64,000 nucleotides of DNA. Source: Lingula anatina. Taxonomy: Eukaryota > Animalia > Brachiopoda. Positions 10,327-24,468 of this stretch are shown in pieces. A model generated the notes under the pieces. That model was given only the letters and a program-made list of their open reading frames with translations. It was not told the DNA's origin and did no database searches. Position 1 is the stretch's first letter. Each line of letters starts with the position of its first letter. The translations under genes and the position numbers were made by a program. The stretch spans positions 186,001 through 250,000 of the forward strand of contig CM120645.1 of assembly GCA_051362555.1 (NCBI GenBank), written 5' to 3'.

Positions 10327-11890
10327 AGATTGTAGCTTCACGTTTGAGAGGCGAACACCGTTATGGCTCTCACAATATTATATAGAATAGCATATATGAT
10401 GAAAAAACTATAATCTGCTCGAGTTTGAACATGCCTCACATTCATATTCTAATTGTGCAAAGATAATCATTTTCCCAAATTCAGACCACTTTAAAATAAA
10501 ATCTGAAGCGTTCTAGTACCTACAGGGTATATATTGTCGTTAGGGTCTCTCCTTTTCTCATTCCTCTAGGTGCAAAGTAGGCCATATGGCGCAAGTATAT
10601 CTGTGTATTCTAATTGTGGTTATATTCATTGCGACAACCTTGCTTATGTGAGGAGTACTCGCGGAGAGTCCACACAGTCTAACACAATTATCACGGAGGT
10701 ACAGTACCTCCGCCTCCCAGCCTCCACCTGGGAGAACACCGCTCGCCAAAAGAAGAATAGGCTACATCTTAAAGGAGGCTGTCTGAAATATAGTTTCTCT
10801 GGTAGTACATTCAACAGGAAACTCGCTGTCTCAAATAGTCTGGACACCGAACTGGTGTAAGAAAAGTTCCAGTTAGTGGCAGTCTGCTAATGTAGAGATT
10901 TGTTCGAAAATATTTCACTGAATTGATCGTCGCTTTATCCAACATTGTTTTCCTTTATAATTATTATAAATAAATAAATCGAAAATAATAAATAATAAAA
11001 ACCCAACCAAGCTACCGGACGACTTTAAGATAAAAATCCGTCTATAAAGAGAAATATGTCCTTTAAAATGGGTCTATACCATAAAGAAAAAAGCTATCAC
11101 GTAAAGCCTACATTACATTTGCCACTGGTGCTGGACGAGGAAATTGTATACAATTTTCCGTACGATTTTTTGGCACCGTTAGTAGCTATACCGGCTACGG
11201 CAGCTACGTTATTATTAGGCGCGGGTGCATTTCTCCGACATAAACTCGAGACCAGGTAGGTAAAAATTGGTTGTCGGTAGAAAAGTGACCGCACGGATCC
11301 CTTTCAGTGTCACTGCAGTTGCTGCTTGCCGAGCGGCTCCCTTGTAGACCGATACGTTATCGGCACAGTCCCATGCAGTTTAAATACCAATTTGGCTACA
11401 GTCGCAAAACTTGAAATTCATTAAAATGAATTCGAGTTACTCCAAATTTTAACATCTTTACTACTGTAATGCCTCCTACAATCATCCAACATGGAAAGAG
11501 AACAACGACAGGTCCAACCATGATCACGATCATTATAAGTTCACCGATCCAAACACACGCAATTCGGATAGGCTATCAATAAAACCGACCGTCAACCTGA
11601 TAATTTTATCTGAATATGACCCTTCTGTTGCCACTCCCCAGTGGCCCGCCAGATGTCAGCAGCGCGCAAAGAAATCAATAAGCTACGCTATTTGTTTTGT
11701 GCGCTATTGAAAAGCAAGTCAACAACAGACCGCTCTCCCAGGGCTACTTGACTTCCATTGACGCGTTTTAATCAATCTAAAAACAAAATGGCGGCCTTCA
11801 CAACGACGAAACCACCTTAAGACACTGCTCTACAATTTACTCCCCGAGACAGCGTTCTCCACCGCGGTGACATGACCACTTGAAGTGAGG

Positions 11891-12089
11891 ATGGAGGGAA
11901 GTGGGGGCTATCAGCACGTGCTGGACGCTATCCTCATACCGGCCGGAATTAAGGTTGGCGGACTGCCGGAGGAACTGTTCCTGAAGCTAAATGAGGAAGA
12001 AAGAGAAGCGGCGGAATGTGCAATATGGTAGGAATGTAAACTTCTACTACAACCAGTGCTGATGTATCACGCTCTATGTTCGCCAAGTT

Positions 12090-12125
<36 letters not shown>

Positions 12126-12148
12126 TGTGAGAGAGAGAGAGAGAGAGA

Positions 12149-12211
<63 letters not shown>

Positions 12212-14223
12212 AGAGAGAGAAAACATTTATGTGTTTATCTTATTCGTGACTCAAGTTGTGTAATTATAATCACAAATGTGATAAATAAGTAAACGAGCTC
12301 GGGGGCCCTAACTTTGAGGAAATCAGGATTTTCCTGGAAAATTTGCAGTTGACTCTAGGAGAAAAAATCACTGCGACTGAGACACAAGAGAAATCATATG
12401 CCTTTGTGACTGCTAGTAATTTTAATAACATGTAAAAGTGATAACGTTTACGTTCGCCCTCCTAAGCATTTGGCTATACCAGGACGGGCTAGTGATAAAA
12501 TACACCTACAGTAGATCATTCCCACACATACCCCCCCTTCACAGCTTCACGTAGATTCTTTCTGAGCACAGGGGATGGTCGGTCCATGGCAAAATAGAAG
12601 AAGACGTACGAAATGAAAGATTCGACTGATTTTGGAATTATTATCATGTTTACTAATCCTACAAGTATATGCGCTGGTCAAGGAACAAACGTCGTTTCTT
12701 TTGATGAATATTTCTATCAAATCCAAGCCTAAACGAATAAGGCGCCTGAACAAATAAGGCGCATGTATTCCGACTCGAAGAAGAATGAATAAAGGAATAA
12801 ATGAACGAACAAGCCGCTATATGTATGAATGAATATCATTTCTGTATTATGTTTCAGCTTCCTGGTCGCCAATGACGTCAGACAGTGCCGTAACCGACAC
12901 AATTTTTGCGCCAGTTGTCTGTTTGCGTGGTCTATGACGTCAGGAGCTAACTGTGACAAGTGCCCGGTTTGCAGGGCCCCGGGACCGTATCACAAGAACA
13001 CCAAACTAAACACTGAACTGCTGGAGAAGCGAGTGCAGTGCCTTGACGAAAAGTGCAAATGGAGGGGACCTCTCAAGTTCTACCTCACACACCGGCATGG
13101 TTTTGACAAATTCAATAATTTTGGACAGGATATTCTAGATGTCCCCTTCATCAATAGACCGTCAGGGCAAGGGGCACATCAGCGAGGAACAGATACAGGT
13201 CACAGTGGCAGCCTTACCGATTTAACCACGAGCTCTTCCTCAGTCCAAGATGTCTCCCTTCCCGATGTTACCCGGGCAAATATGTATCAGTTTGACATCA
13301 GTAATGAGCGTCTGCGGCGTGAGAGGAGGTTCACGCAGATGCGTGCACAGCTACAGCACGGGCGCGCGCGCTTGAATAGCATGATGGGAAATTTCCACCA
13401 CGAGCTCGAGCGCGGTCGGCGATCATTGGAAGATTTTCATCGCGAGAGAGAGGCTCAAAACCACGCGAACCTGGAAGAAGTCAACCAGATAGGCCGACAT
13501 CTGGCGCAAGTGGCCAACAATCTGATTTCCTTGTTAGACTCCGTGAATCAGGAGGTGAGACAGCAAAGAACTGTGCTGCAATCCACAACACAGCACGATG
13601 ACCAACTGTTAAGGCAAATGGACGCTATGACAACCACGTTGACTGGCAGACAGGCCAGAGGAACGCCGCCACGGGGCGGGAGACCGGATCATTCCCGAAG
13701 AAATAACGGAGCCTCTTATACCCGATCTAGTTTCCCTCAAACAAGATTGTTACAGACGCCTCGTGGTACTCAGTCATCGCCAAATTCAGACCAACCAAAC
13801 ATCAGCGCATTAAATTCATATAACTCCGAGCTTCAAAACCGCGAAAACACGCCAACGCCACTATCACAAGCTGACATTTCCGCGGGTGTAAGGGAACGCC
13901 CACCGGCGCCAACACTGCGACACCGCAGCCGTTTGGCGGGACTCCAAGGTCGCCAAGAGGCTGTTGTAGCACAGGGGCGAACGCTCCTCAGACCTGAGGC
14001 TAGCAGTCCTCGACCACCGACCTGTGAACCAGCCGAGGAGTCGGTCTCTCACCACCGCTTGTTAACCAGGAGGGACACGGCGCCCAGTTGTGTGTACGGA
14101 GTGAGTAGGGACACGGCGTCTGGCCGCCCCGGAACTCCGAGACGGAGAATCCTGAATATCGACTGGAGCACCATGCGCACGCCACCTAACAGGAAAAACA
14201 CAAGGCGGATACCTAGGCGATGA
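11891..14223 (+). CDS. C3HC4 RING plus TRAF-type zinc finger protein (putative E3 ligase) with coiled coil and disordered tail
   Basis: Exon 1 11891-12027 (MEGSGG...ECAI, phase 2) splices to exon 2 12858-14223, reconstituting CAIC-x8[11 protein letters not shown]...CPVC followed by [12 protein letters not shown]...H. Confidence 0.85.
12094..12220. repeat. (GT)n/(GA)n compound microsatellite
   Basis: Directly visible in the RING gene intron. Confidence 0.9.
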
Positions 14224-15123
14224 CTATACAATAACGCAGATTAATGACGCATCACAGAGAATATTATCCTTTAGGTGTTAACAGATCAGGCGGCGGAAGA
14301 AGCGCCAATATCACAGTGTTAGCAGACTGGAGCTTTGGTGTTTTGGCGCAAATATTGACAAGTGATGTGAAAGTTTTGTACAGATATACGGTGCAAAGCA
14401 AGGTCTCTATCTATGCATAGTCGAGGGAACTTATCAAAGTAGTGACACCATACCTCTAGAAAAATTACTTTGAAGTGATATTTATTAACTACTTAGCAGT
14501 TAAATGTGGTAGACACTGCTATTTACTCCAATGTGCCGTTAGGTCTTAGAACACAGTCAAGGGCAGAGTGTTAGATTTGATCGCCAGATGGAGCCACCAT
14601 CAAAATGTGCCCATTTCAAATGGCCTCATGACGTCATTACCGCATCAGTATTATACTATCTATCTCTGTATACATATTAATATATATGTTAACATAAATC
14701 TTAACTTTCCTCAAAATGTTCACGTGCCAAGAGTGTATTTCCCCGTCTTTCCTCGGCAGAGATGTCATTTCTTAAAGAAATACATGCCAATGTACATACA
14801 GGTAGGAACGCGATTTTCAAACTGTAAATTATAAGGCCTAGACATTTTGAAATATTTTTTTTTTCAGAAAAAAAATAATAATAAAATAAATAAATAGATA
14901 CAAAAAGTCAAATTCGTCTAACTGGTATTCTTGGAATAAATGTTTTCTCGCGCCATAACGTTACACCATACATCGCCATCAGTACACGACTTTTGGTCGA
15001 CTAACTTGATATGCTCAATGTCTTCCCTATTTAATTAAAAAGTGAGATGTGCCATGAATGGTTCGTAGAAGTGTACTTGTACCATTTTTCTCTTTCAAAT
15101 GTTGCGCACATGTAACTGTAACA

Positions 15124-15301
15124 CCCCATTTCCATAGATTAGATCGACCTACTTTAGATCGACCTAACTCCCTGGGGGTTCACGCTAAATAGCTGTCAGC
15201 TTGTAGTAGGCGGGACGGACATTTAAGTCGGATTATCTGAAAGTAATCTAGTGAGACTCCCCGCGGGGATAGATCGATCTAAAATCTATGGGAATAGAGC
15301 C
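15124..15301. mobile_element. Degenerate palindromic MITE-like element
   Basis: CCATTTCCATAGATTAGATCGA ... TCGATCTAAAATCTATGGGAATAG inverted ends; resembles 31303-31420 and 45209-45466. Confidence 0.5.
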
Positions 15302-17869
15302 TAAGAAATACACTTTTGCGTTCGGTCAAGTTGCTCTGCACATCTCAGACAATTTGTTTTATTGTAAAATTTAAAGGTGCAAATTAACCGAAGTAAAATA
15401 TCAAATAGTTGTTGAGATATCAGAATGGTGTCTAAAACATTAAATATCAAATAATCGTCACCATAAGGTGTATATATCCTTCGTCAAAAACACGATTTAA
15501 TCTTCGTTTTTTGGTCTGTTTATGTGCTCAGTTTATTCTTGGCTGTTTTCAGAATTGGCTTGCGCGCGCACAAACCACCGCGCACGCACTACAACTCCAG
15601 TATGACCATTGCATCATTCGGCATTGTGACATCATAGATCAACATAGTGTGACGTCAGACTTTAAATCCACAGATAAGATTGTGTACAATAGCTACACAT
15701 ACGACATGAAGTCACCCTAATAAATGTGGAGACAAAATATCTTCAGCGACTAAGCCAGCCCTATCAAGATTCTTACTGCTGAAAGACTACACTAGCAATT
15801 TGATCAACGCCAGTGAACATTTGTACTTTATTCATCAAATGCCTTTACATTATAATGTGATTGTATTAGTGTGTCTTCTTCATGGACGCATTAAATCACA
15901 TATGGTATAGAAGACACACATACACTCTTCCTCGATGCAATATAATTAAGCTTTGTATGCTCAGTGACCCATTACCCGCAATGGTGCATAAAATAACGAT
16001 ATTGTGATAAACATTTGTCTGCACATTTTTTCTAAGTCACAGTGCTCACAACCGAGGGAAAATGACACTTTTTGTTCTGTGAAAAACATTCCTAGAATAA
16101 TAAAATGTGAACCGACACACTCTTATTTCTATGTTCTGGGTTAAACTAAAAAAATATGCTACAAACTTAACACTAAGTTAAACCATATTCATATAAAAAA
16201 TAAAGAGTGAGATAACAAAGATATCAAAATAACCCTAACCCTTAAACAGGCCACAGGAAGTTAAACACAAATATTTATAAAACGTAACTTGCATTTATGG
16301 TAAATAAAACCAATGAGTATAACCCTAAGCTAGGCAGTAAAATTCCAAACAATAACATCGGGGATATACTTCCGTTTATGGTTAATAAAACCTAGTCAGT
16401 ATAATCACAACCTAGGAAGTAAAATTCCTAGCTGACATTAACACTTGAGATATACCCCCATCTACTGTAAATAAAACCAGTGAATAGAACTGTAACATAG
16501 ACAGGAAAATTCCTAACAATAACACTCTCTTATCACAAACATCATCACCAACAACAACGTGTACAAACAGTGCACAAATGCAGTGGTCTTCAATGGATAT
16601 TATGCAGGATTCAAAAACTTCTGCCAAAAATATGACCCAATGTGAACCAATATCATGACAAATAACACATTGATGCTTTTGTTGCTTCTAACATTTAAGG
16701 GCATTTAGTTGCTTTATTTGTAAGTTTAAAATGTACAATCAACCACAAAAGATGATAAATATAATAGAAAAGAGATAACAAAAATTATGTATTCTTGTTC
16801 TTGAAAATATCACATATTATAGTAAGCTCAATACCTCAAACAGTCAGACTTGAGAATCATGAAACTGTTCAACACCTCCCTCTCCTGATAAACACATACA
16901 CTAGCCAAAAAAAGAAATGCAAGTTTTTTTTTTTACCAGAGTGCTTCAAAAAGCCCAAATATGTACATGTGGGTATATGATAGCTGTGTTTTGTTCTGCT
17001 GTCCTGTACTGATACACTTGAATGATACCAGGCAATGGCTGGGTTTAGATTTTCAGACATTTCACCTGAACACAAACTGGGACAACAGTCTTGCAAAACT
17101 AAGTTTTCCACAATCAATGCTAGAGGACTCTGCAATCAGAAAACCAAGTTGAGGAGAATGAATTTCATGCTAACATCATGTCATGGCTGTCTGGTCTGTT
17201 GTTCTTCCTTTGGCCACAATATTTGACATGTGGTGAGAATGTTCTGAGCTCAGCAGTAACTAACAGAACTAATCATACAACCGGATCACAGGTAAAGGGG
17301 GGGGGGGTAGGCTAGACCAACTTAGGGCTTAAAAAATAATAATATAAAAAATATGTAATAAGATAAAACAATATCAACCAACACAACTTATGTCATTCTG
17401 TCCTTTTCCTGCTTCCTCCCTCCCCCAATTTCTCAATGTGGTAAAGTGGTAATGTCTAACTACTCCACTTTGTAAACTAAGTCAACATATCTTGTTATTA
17501 CAATCTGCCATCATTGGTGTGCTAATGTACATTAATATCATGTAAAAATTGGACCCAGGAAATCTAAAAGATTTAAAACACCTTTTCCTACCTGACACAT
17601 GACTGGAATAAAACACTTCACGACACAAGATTAGTATCAAAGACATCTGTCAAGGCTGTGGTGGACAGACTATGATATGTGGGACAATGACCCTAAAGTG
17701 TTATATACCTGGTAACAAATTTATCTATTATAATTGCTAATAATCTCAATATTGCTTGTACAAAATTCTCTTTCATATATATACAAAGTGTAGACTGGTA
17801 TTAAAACTACAGCCACTATCCCGCCTTCACTTCCAGCTCTCTCTCCCACCCCATTATTTAAAGAATCAT

Positions 17870-20800
17870 CTACCCCCCACACCCACCACATCCCCCGCAG
17901 CCTCCACACCCCCCACACCCTCCGCATCCACCACACCCCCCACACCCTCCGCACCCCCCACAGGCCCCACCTTCCCCTCCCCCACAGCACCCTGCACACC
18001 CCCCACTGTTGACGTGGGTCTTCAGATAGGAGTTGCAGGGAGTGGAGGTCAGGTATCCCGCAGCAACCAGGAAGGTCAGCTCCTCGTAGTTCATGTTGTT
18101 CAGTTTGGCATATCCTGGTGGTGTGATCTTCAACACTTGTTTTCCCTGGGAATCAATCCCAGACTCTGGGTAGGGGCGCGGCTGACACAGCACATGGAGC
18201 ATGGACACTGAGAAAGCTAGCGCCAGGTGCTCAGCAACTTCGTTAGTGCTTGCACTTATCTTGATCTGACTGGTGGACATGTTAGCGTACACATCTCTCA
18301 CTGTGAAGTCAAAGGCTCTAGAAGCTGGGACTTGGACGACTGGTGGCGCATTCTTCTGGCCATGGACCAAATCATAGCACATGACAGTCAGGTGACCTGG
18401 GCTGCCTTTTACACCAGGAGTTCCCCGCACCCCAGGGTTGTCTTGAGTACCAGGGACACCTAGGGTTAAATAATTCATATGCTGCATGACGTGCAGAATT
18501 AAGCATAAGTTGTTTATGGAAAAAGTTGGTGCACAAACAAGGAAACACGTTAAAAAAAAAAATCATATGCATGGGTTTTCCAAGACAATAACTTTTTGAC
18601 ATCCTTGTGAAAATCACAACATGACATGTATCTGAAGATATGATGCATAAAAGATTCACCTTTTTACTGTGATATTATCTATACTTAATATGATGGTATC
18701 CTGTACAAAACACCAAAAATATTTTTCAGGAGAGGAATTTTACTTACTAGAGAGAAGTCTAAACCATTACTGGTGCTACCACCTACCAGGCACTCCAGGA
18801 ACTCCCTTTACATATCCCACCCACTTCCCTCTCACTATGGCCCAGTCTCCGCGGGTATTCTTGATCAGCATAGCTCTCTCTGCACTGTCTATGTCCAGAG
18901 TGCAGTATTGACTGTCACCTTTCCTCAACTGGAAATCAAACCAACTGATAAATATGACTAAAAATATAAGTTAAGAAATCAAATTCATGAATAAAAGATT
19001 TGAATTTATGCTTTATATTTATTGCTTTAATAATTCTAATTCTCGGTTCTGCAAAAACCTCAATTACAAAAAAAAAGAAAAAAAAATCTTGTCCGTGTAT
19101 TTGATCTGTCTCACTGACTAGAAAACTGAAAAAAATTTGCCAAATTCAATGAACTATTTCTAACCCTCTGACCTGAGCTTTCCCTGGTAACTGGTCAGTG
19201 CCAATTAGATGAGACACGGCCACCATTTTGTCCCCGTAGAACACCTGCACCGCAGACATCAACAGAGGAATACAGTGGATAATGCGGCAAGTGAAGCACA
19301 GTTTATGAAGGTGATTGAATATCCTACAGTAAATATATATCTATATCAAAATATGTCAGATAAAATGAAAAAAAAAAACAACTGGATACCCTGTCAACTT
19401 ACAATTTCTAAAAATAAATGTTTCAAAAATTATATTACCACCTGTTTTACATTGCTACCGTGACTGATTTTCAAGTTTCTTTAAAAATTCCCATTTTAAC
19501 TTTTAAAACAAAAATAAAACAACTGACAAATAACAACAAGGACCTAACACTGTACAAATAAAATCATCAACAAGAGATATATCAAAGCGAACATCTCACC
19601 TATTTTAATTATTTTAGTATATTATCCATTATTGTAAGGTGCCTTGAGATAGAATGTAAGGCGCCATATAGGAATGTTATTATTATTATTATTATTACCT
19701 ATGTGATGCCACCACACAAGTATTCTGTACACCAGGAGGCAGAGCAGTCAGTGGTATGGGACCCCACATGGCCTCTATATTCTCTGGCATCACAGCATTC
19801 TCAAAGTGTCCAGCCATGACATGCAGGACAGCTGGACCCTGCTGCAGCTGACCAATGTCCAGCTCAAGTTGGATGTTCATCTCCTCAGGGAAGGTAACCG
19901 TCTGAGAAAGATGGTGGTTCTTCCCATGTTCCTCCTCTACTAGGTTTCCTAGTGGGTACTCACTGAGCCCTATCTCCTCCCCCCCACACCCACACACTGC
20001 ACCTGTAGTGTTCACAGCCTGGAGGATAACATATGGATGTCTCCCTGTGTCGTAGTTGAAATGCTTTGGCTTAAAACTGCCGGCTGGTATCTTCAACGAT
20101 ACAATGCGCTTGCGTGCAGCCTTGAAGGCAGACTCAGAGGGCACCATGCGTAAAGGAAGCGCACTCAGGAAAATGTTGACCTTCCCCTTTTTGATGGTGG
20201 GTTGGAGGGGTGTGGCAACTGCCTCACTGATGGTGACATGTGTGTATTTGGAGGTGAGACTGCTGACCTGTGCAGTTGTCATGGCAACCAGCTTGCCCTC
20301 TGGTGGCAGCCCGCGGAACATACAACCTGGCTGGGAGAAGCTTTCATCAAATAAATCCTGCCAAAGTCTACGAGTCAGTTCGTCAGCTCTGTTGAGCCTA
20401 GATCCCTCACTACGATCATTAACAGAATCATCATGGTTTAGCACTTTGGTCAAGATGGCCGCAGTGTCCGCTTGGTAGAGGTGTGGATGTACCTGGTGTG
20501 CATGCCATATAAGATCAATGTCATAGCATGGGACAAGAAAGACATCAGGGTTTTGTTGTTTCAGGTACAGGTACATTTTATAACGCTGAACAGCCTTCTT
20601 CAAAAAGGCCTGGCTCCTATAGTGGGGGAGAGCCACCTGGTAATAGAACACACGCTGCCTTTCAATGGCAGACTCTAAACCATAAGAGCATTTAGTTTTG
20701 TAATCAAAGGCCGGTGAAATCTCATCTGTCAAGTCCACCTCAAACGGAACATCCGGGCCATATTCCATTATCCAGAAACTTTTGGTCTTCAGCAAAGAGG

Positions 20801-21173
20801 CACTTCTCTCTTTCTCACTGAGCAGATGATGGTGGATAACACAGTTGACAAGAGCCATGCAGTCCTCTGTGTACTTGAGTGGGGCCAGCAGGTGGCAGTG
20901 CCACACCCAGGCTATGTCAAGAGGAGCCGCAAGCTTTACATTTTTCTGCTTGATAGTTTCTTGGGCTTGTAGCTTTGCAGCAAATGGCAGCCATAATTCT
21001 TCGTATCGTTGGATGGCACGCCTGACTACAGGTCCACCATATAAACTCTGGAACTGGTTCACACAAGCCAGGAAATCTAGTTCAAGCAGAGCAGCTTCCG
21101 TCAGATCAATTCCCAGCTGAAGTTTTTCTGCCTTTCCTTTAGCTGCTGAAGAATTCTTTGATGACTTCTTCAT
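17870..21173 (-). CDS. Glycine-rich domain-containing protein (GRDP / DUF1399 family)
   Basis: Exons 21173-19699, 19323-19173, 18928-18787 and 18459-17870 with consistent phases; DUF1399 motifs PLDIAWVWHCHLLAP, LVPCYDIDLIWHAHQVHP, LNHDDSVNDRS; C-terminal GGC repeats. Confidence 0.88.
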
Positions 21174-22139
21174 TTTAAGTTGGAGGTTATTTTACTGGCC
21201 TGTTGGAAGCTCTACTGGAAAAAGAAGAATGTTCACAGATGAACTGATATATATATAATAACCATGCACACAAGTCAACATGAACTATATGATGACACAA
21301 ATGGATGGTTTAGTTGTACAATCTATACCAAACAACTAATGTAATATGGATCATATGCAGCAACAAACATTAATTACACACATGGGCATGTATGAACTGT
21401 CACACACACACACACGCAGGCACACACACAGTTTCAATAATTTAAAATGAGATGAAAATATGGGAGTCTGCTACAGATGTACGTACCCAGAGCACCAACC
21501 CCAACTCTTTCAGCTAACCCTAGCAATTTGTTGATCGAACCTTCACAAACAAGATACAGTACACATATAAATCATATAAATATTAAATTAAGAACACATT
21601 ACACAAAGTCCACAAAGTTTATTACAACTACATATGCCATAAATGCACGTGCCACTTGCCAAATTGTGAAACAATAAATATGTAAAGTTTACAGCAACAT
21701 CTACAGATTAAACAGAAACACACAGCAACAGAATTATTCTTCATATCTCACACCTGTGCCTGATCATCCAAGATATTTACTATGACTGCACTCTGGATCA
21801 TGCTACAGCCTACTCAGTACATGGAAATCAAGTTCAGTCACGCCGGGGACTTCAGGTAAGAAGTTTCTGGCAATAGCACTTCTATTTACGGTTCTTGTCT
21901 CACCACTTGTGTTTACACGTAGAGAACATATGAGAGAGAGTAAACAGGTGCGCAAACAGCTGAAAATATTCTGTTACAGGGAACTTCCTGCTTCAGAGAA
22001 AATTATCACGGTACCATGTTTACACTTTCCCTACTTCTTGTTGTAGTCGGATAAACTTAATTTCATCAATATATATCAAACATTAATATATTGTGCAATT
22101 CACCAAACCATTCATCTTGTCGTTTGGAAAGTTTAGGAT

Positions 22140-22720
22140 AAGAAGAAGCGTACTTACTTTACATAACTATCTCAGACGCGGAGTTGAAGCTCGCGATGTT
22201 GGGGGTTGGATTGTTTTGTTTTCGTCCAAGACAAGCAAATAACATCCGCTTCCACTTAAAGGTGAAGCATTGTTTGGCAGTTTGCTACATGTTAAGATAA
22301 ATATTATCAGTAAATTGATATTTTGTCCCAACAGAAGTGTCTATATGGAATAAAGTAGTCACGAGGCATGGGGTGTGTCTTTTCTTGATAAATAACGGTG
22401 TCCTCTAGCGGTATTCTACAGCTGTTTATTTTGATTTCGCTTTCACGTTTAGAAGAAATCATTCGGGTCGAAATTGGCACTATTTGCATCACACATAATA
22501 TTTTCAGGAAATCTAGGCACTGGCAAACTTTATTTCTTCCATTTTGATTTACTTCCCGAGATCTTATGATACGGCTCCGTAAACGATCTACCAGGAGATA
22601 AGAGGTCTTCCGCCCGTGCCAAACAGGATGCTGGCGACGTGATAAGAATCTCATTGGCACAGATTACGGGCACCGCTTTTGTCTGTTTACTGACGGTGTT
22701 CCTAGACCGTATACAACAGG
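22140..22720. promoter_or_regulatory. Probable bidirectional promoter between the GRDP-like (-) and tetraspan (+) genes
   Basis: Minus-strand donor GTAAGTA at 22157 and plus-strand donor CAG|GT near 22720 point away from each other; the interval is CpG-richer than its surroundings. Confidence 0.45.
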
Positions 22721-23217
22721 TGCACGTCTTCATACAATGGTGGGTAAAATGCTCTCTCTCTCTCTCTCTCTCGTAACAGTTCTGTTGTAATACGATATGG
22801 ATGAAGTGCTCACCGTTCTAGCCTTGCTGGTCTGGATTTGGGGTAATGTGAATGATAGAGAATTTGGCTAGGGATCGGCTGATAGAGAAGTGGGCACGTT
22901 TTACTGGTAGATATATTTTAGACCTGGTTTGCAATAACTTACACTACTGAGTACTTTCCTAATTTCTCTATATTAAAAGGTAGTCATACATGTAGCTATA
23001 GATCCACCAATCCGGAGGGGGGGGGGCATATTTACATATGACTGCGTATATTTTTATTTTCCAGGCTGATCGAGAGGGAGAGAGGGGGAGTAACTTTATT
23101 AATAATTGTCTCAGCTATATATATTCTATTTTCTAGGCTGATCTGTACCTGGACCAGCTGAGAGGGGGGTGGGGGTAACTTTAATAATAAATGACCCAGT
23201 ATATTTGTATATTCCAG

Positions 23218-24468
23218 GCTGATCTGTACCTTGTCCAGGCAGGTATTGTCCTGGTCTCTGTTGTGTTGGCTGTCATCAGTGTCACTCAAGACACCTGGGT
23301 CCTCGGCTTCGGACACAGTACTCCCGCTGACCAGGACTTCATCTACCAGAAGTTTGGCCCCTGGGGGGTCTGCTTTACTGGCTGTGTCCAGTGTGACCGA
23401 CAATATACACTGGAATGTATCACTGTGGACATGAACACTTTGGTCTTCAGTAAGAACATCTTTATTATGATTATCACCACACATTTGTTAGAATGAAAAG
23501 TCTGGGATCAAGTTATCCCTGCCTGTCCCTTTGTTTGCACAGTGCTTTTCTTCGTTATAAGAAGAGGATTAGTAATTTCTGTTTCAGTGCCATTTTTTTT
23601 GGATAATCACAACTTGTATAAAAACAAAGGAAATTGTTTGTTTATAAAATTAAAGGAAAATTGTTATTTTTATCTCAAAATTTATTTATAATATGTTTAA
23701 ACATGGGATGAAATTGGATATTTTTGTGAATTTTATGGTGTAATTTTACTAATCGCTTTATGTGTGAATCAGTGTGATTGTAATAACTGCAACTGTATTC
23801 AGTGCAATTGTACTCATTGTTTTAGGTACAAAATTGATATTTCAGCATATCTGAAGTTGGTGCAATTCTTTGAAGTGCTGTCATTGGGTTTTCTGGCAGT
23901 AGGGGGAGCCATGTGTCTCATGCCCTGCAAATTCCATGCACAAAGAAAATTTGGACGGATCCAAGTTTTCTTTATTTTTCTGGGAAGCAAGTATATTTCA
24001 CATATTTTATCCATGGAGTCTAAGAAATTCAAGATGTTTCAATTCCAGCTGTCATCAGTTCTGTGTTATTTTTTAAACTTTTTAGCATTACAATAATTTA
24101 CATTAGACCTACAATGATTTATACTTTTCTATCACTTGCACATTTTAACTTTAGATAGTTTAATAGTAAAGAGTAAAACACCTGACCGATTTCTTTCAGC
24201 TGTCTTCCAGTTATCTGCAGTTGCTGTATTTGGTTATAATGCCCATGCAAACTCGGCTCCACCAGAGGGCGCTGATATCTACAGAGTTTACGGCTGGCCC
24301 TTCTATGTCATCATCGTGGTGTTACTGATCCTGGCTATGGTATCCATCCTAGCTGTTATAACAGAATATAAACAGACACAGCTGATACAGGAACCTAATG
24401 AGACAGAGACAAGACTTGGATACCATGCATTCTATAGCTCTGATGACGCAGTTGGTGCAGTGGTGTGA
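23218..24468 (+). CDS. Claudin/PMP22-like four-pass membrane protein (N-terminus unresolved)
   Basis: Exons 23218-23449 (TM1, W...GPWGVC...C), 23846-23986 (TM2, TM3) and 24200-24468 (YGWPFY, TM4); phase-1 introns, the second needing a GC donor. Confidence 0.72.

Noticed and set aside
16225-16525. Telomere-like AACCCT and degenerate repeats of about 90 bp
   Set aside because: Only two adjacent hexamers and a highly diverged repeat; too weak to call.
17756-18211. Pro/Thr-rich plus-strand ORF
   Set aside because: Antisense shadow of the GRDP-like GGC tail.
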